The notes beneath the pieces were generated by a model that was not told the origin of the DNA, ran no database searches, and saw only the letters and a program-made list of their open reading frames with translations. Positions 56,049 through 58,043 of a stretch of 58,043 bases of DNA are shown piece by piece. The stretch's first letter is position 1. Each line of letters starts with the position of its first letter. The stretch covers positions 1-58,043 of the forward strand of contig JBDRDI010000039.1 of assembly GCA_043820875.1 (NCBI GenBank). The letters are read 5' to 3'. A program made the translations under genes and the position numbers. The stretch comes from a bacterium (GTDB lineage Bacteria > Patescibacteriota > Patescibacteriia > Patescibacteriales > UBA12075).

Positions 56049-56158
56049 CTGTCTTTACTTTAAATTTTTTGTCTAAAAATTATTTTAAATAATTAGTATT
56101 GTTTAAAACTTTTTTCATATTATTTTGTCAAGAAAAAAGTTATCAACAATCTACCTCT

Positions 56159-56188
56159 ATTATACAAAAATATGTCGTCCATTGTCAA
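56159..56188 (-). promoter_or_regulatory. Consensus sigma70 promoter for the HTH-FN3-giant protein operon
   Basis: Minus strand TTGACA (56188-56183), 18-bp spacer, TATAAT (56164-56159). Confidence 0.7.
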
Positions 56189-56240
56189 CAAAAAGTTATG
56201 CACATTCTATAATCATACTCTATTATAACTTATAATTTAT

Positions 56241-56340
56241 AATATTACTCCAATATAGACTATTATTTATTATATTACTCTAATATATACTATTATTTAC
56301 TATATTACTCTAATATATATTATTATTTACTATATTACTC
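56241..56340. repeat. AT-rich tandem repeat of about 3.3 x 30 bp (TATATTACTCTAATATATACTATTATTTAC)
   Basis: Units at 56241, 56271 and 56301, partial at 56331. Confidence 0.8.
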
Positions 56341-56472
56341 TATTATCTTATTATTGTCATCTATTGTCACAAAAAGTGCTATTTAATGGCTAATAATAAA
56401 ATACTGGATTTAAACAAAAAAAAATAAAGGCGCAATATTTTACGCCTATACAATTATAAATCTTTATTCTAT

Positions 56473-57789
56473 TTATTTTTCCGTTCTATTATAGTCCTCC
56501 TCTCCTCTATATATTACCCCCAAAACAAACCAAAAAAGAAATATGCCAAAATGCAAACTCCACCACCAGTGGTCAAACATAAACATAATTAAAATTAAAA
56601 CCAACAACGATATCTGCAAATATCCGCGCCGACATTGCTTGATAAAGATATAAGATAAAATCCAGATAAAAAACATAAATCCAATCAAGCCGGTTTCTGC
56701 CAAGACAAGCAAATAAACATTATGAACCGGTTGATAATCGGCATAACTCCTCTCATCCCCCAATTTTTCTTTCACCGCAAAACCATAATTTGCCAAACCA
56801 ACTCCAAAAAATTTATTATCGCGAAAAATGTTCCAAGCAATCTTTGTTTCTTCTTTTCTATCGCTGACGGATTTTAATTCCAATCGCGTTTCAACTTCTA
56901 CGCGGGCGGAAAAAATATCTTGATAAATATTTCCAAAAATAAAAAACACGGTGACAGACAATAAAAGAATTCTCAGCGCGATTTTTTGTCCAAGTAAATC
57001 ATGTTTTATAATCATTAAAAAAATAATTATCGCGAGACACGTGAAAAATCCCAAGAAAGTGGCGCGGGAAAATGTAAAGAACAACGCAACCAAAAAAACG
57101 GAAATTATCGCTAATAAAAATAAGTCATTCTTATTATTTTTATTATTTTTATTTTTAAAAAGTTCGGCGATGGCAAATAAAAGTCCGACAGCGATAAGAC
57201 CACCGAGCATATTGGGGTGATCCAAAAAGCCGTAAGCGCGAAGCCACCTGCCACCTGCCGCCACCTCAATGACTGACGCTCCCATGTCAGATGCCGAATG
57301 CGCCGCAAGTCCGAACCACTTACTCGCGAGAGTTTCCTGCGACAAAAATTGCCAAATGCCGAAAACAGCTGAAACAAAAATTCCGGAAAGAAAACTGAAT
57401 GTCATTTTAAAATTATCAAATTTGGCTTTAGAAATCAGCCAAAATACTCCCACGCCCAAAAGAAAACGCGCGTAGGCGTAAAGAGCCGTGAATTTTTCCG
57501 GCGCAAAAAACAGCCCGACAATAATAACAAATTCAAATCCGGCAATTATTATCCAAATAAAATCAATCTCTTCATTTTTTTTGGCTGAAGAACGGATAAA
57601 AAAATAAAATATTAGCAAAATAACCAAAACAATATCAGTCAAATATAGACTTACCGTGCCGGGTTCAAAATCAAACCCTCCCAAGCTGGCTTGCTTGATA
57701 ATCAACCTGGTTTGCAAAGGCAAAAGAAAAATAAAGAGATACAGGCCAAATTCAAATAATTTATTTAGTTGTAATAATATTTTGCGCAT
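56473..57789 (-). CDS. O-antigen ligase / Wzy_C family membrane protein
   Basis: More than 10 TM segments; RAYGFLDHPNMLGG; FTFSRA..LG; FFGVGLANY; PVHNVYLLVLAETGLIG. Start re-assigned to MRKILL because the ORF-track N-terminus is REP DNA. Confidence 0.88.
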   Translation of the reverse strand: MRKILLQLNKLFEFGLYLFIFLLPLQTRLIIKQASLGGFDFEPGTVSLYLTDIVLVILLIFYFFIRSSAKKNEEIDFIWIIIAGFEFVIIVGLFFAPEKFTALYAYARFLLGVGVFWLISKAKFDNFKMTFSFLSGIFVSAVFGIWQFLSQETLASKWFGLAAHSASDMGASVIEVAAGGRWLRAYGFLDHPNMLGGLIAVGLLFAIAELFKNKNNKNNKNDLFLLAIISVFLVALFFTFSRATFLGFFTCLAIIIFLMIIKHDLLGQKIALRILLLSVTVFFIFGNIYQDIFSARVEVETRLELKSVSDRKEETKIAWNIFRDNKFFGVGLANYGFAVKEKLGDERSYADYQPVHNVYLLVLAETGLIGFMFFIWILSYIFIKQCRRGYLQISLLVLILIMFMFDHWWWSLHFGIFLFWFVLGVIYRGEEDYNRTEK

Positions 57790-57828
57790 ATAATATAAAA
57801 CATAAAACTTTAAACGCGTTTCACGTTT

Positions 57829-58043
57829 TGTCCCGGCAGAGTCTCCTCGCTCTCCTCCGCGTAGCTTCAGAGAAGCGAGGCAGGGGACTCTGCCGAGGTT
57901 TTCTATCCGACACGGCGTCGTAGTCCTCTGCGGAGAGACTACGACGGGACAGAAAGATAAAAAATTAAACTTAGATATTCCCATTCCTGTTCCGGCAGAG
58001 TCTCTCCGCAGAGGACTCTGCCGAGGTTGCGCGTCGTAGTCCG
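57829..58043. mobile_element. REP doublet cassette (RAYT-2 family); second unit truncated by the window end
   Basis: Unit 57829-57953 with a nested insert in the first hairpin loop; second unit from about 57989. Confidence 0.85.

Noticed and set aside
56120-56400. Chromosomal replication origin
   Set aside because: Only two imperfect DnaA-like words, no dnaA/dnaN nearby; a promoter/operator explanation is simpler.
57790-57984. ORF-track N-terminal extension of the O-antigen ligase gene
   Set aside because: Consists of translated REP DNA; the family-like sequence begins at MRKILL.
1-58043. The many short antisense or overlapping ORFs in the six-frame track, and tRNA/rRNA genes
   Set aside because: Short ORFs overlap well-supported genes and lack motifs; no cloverleaf or rRNA-like sequence was recognised in the intergenic gaps.
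1-58043. Alternative genetic code (TGA = Gly, as in Gracilibacteria)
   Set aside because: Very long Gly-rich ORFs are uninterrupted under code 11 and conserved proteins are full length.

Overview
AT-rich bacterial chromosomal segment read in the standard genetic code (2,000-aa Gly-rich ORFs are not broken by TGA). Gene content and protein styles best fit a Patescibacteria/CPR (Parcubacteria-like) genome, which is an inference. Housekeeping genes are dgkA (partial), ybeY, rel, yqeY, rpsU, hisS, lepB, an LCP protein, der, pth, dprA, topA, pheST, a UvrD-nuclease fusion and an M16 peptidase. Three surface-protein blocks stand out. (1) At 6.5-15.8 kb, two giant Cys-rich proteins are each fused to a TrbC/VirB2-like pilin domain whose first 24 mature residues are identical despite 11 synonymous changes; a secreted lipase follows. 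(2) At 34-39 kb is a mosaic pilin-head/cadherin/Cys-repeat/vWA protein. (3) At 44.7-56 kb, an operon runs from an unlisted excisionase-type HTH gene through an FN3 protein to a 2,182-aa tail-fibre-like protein with internal duplications, a DYAE-type chaperone and a C-terminal C-type-lectin-fold domain. The window also carries two distinct REP-associated HUH (RAYT) transposases, a truncated RAYT relic and several short palindromic repeat families, some inserted in frame into genes. Five dispersed REP-like cores each sit inside a 68-76 bp perfect palindrome whose outer arms differ at every locus. No rRNA, tRNA, CRISPR array, integrase or reverse transcriptase was seen. All calls were made by eye, without database searches.
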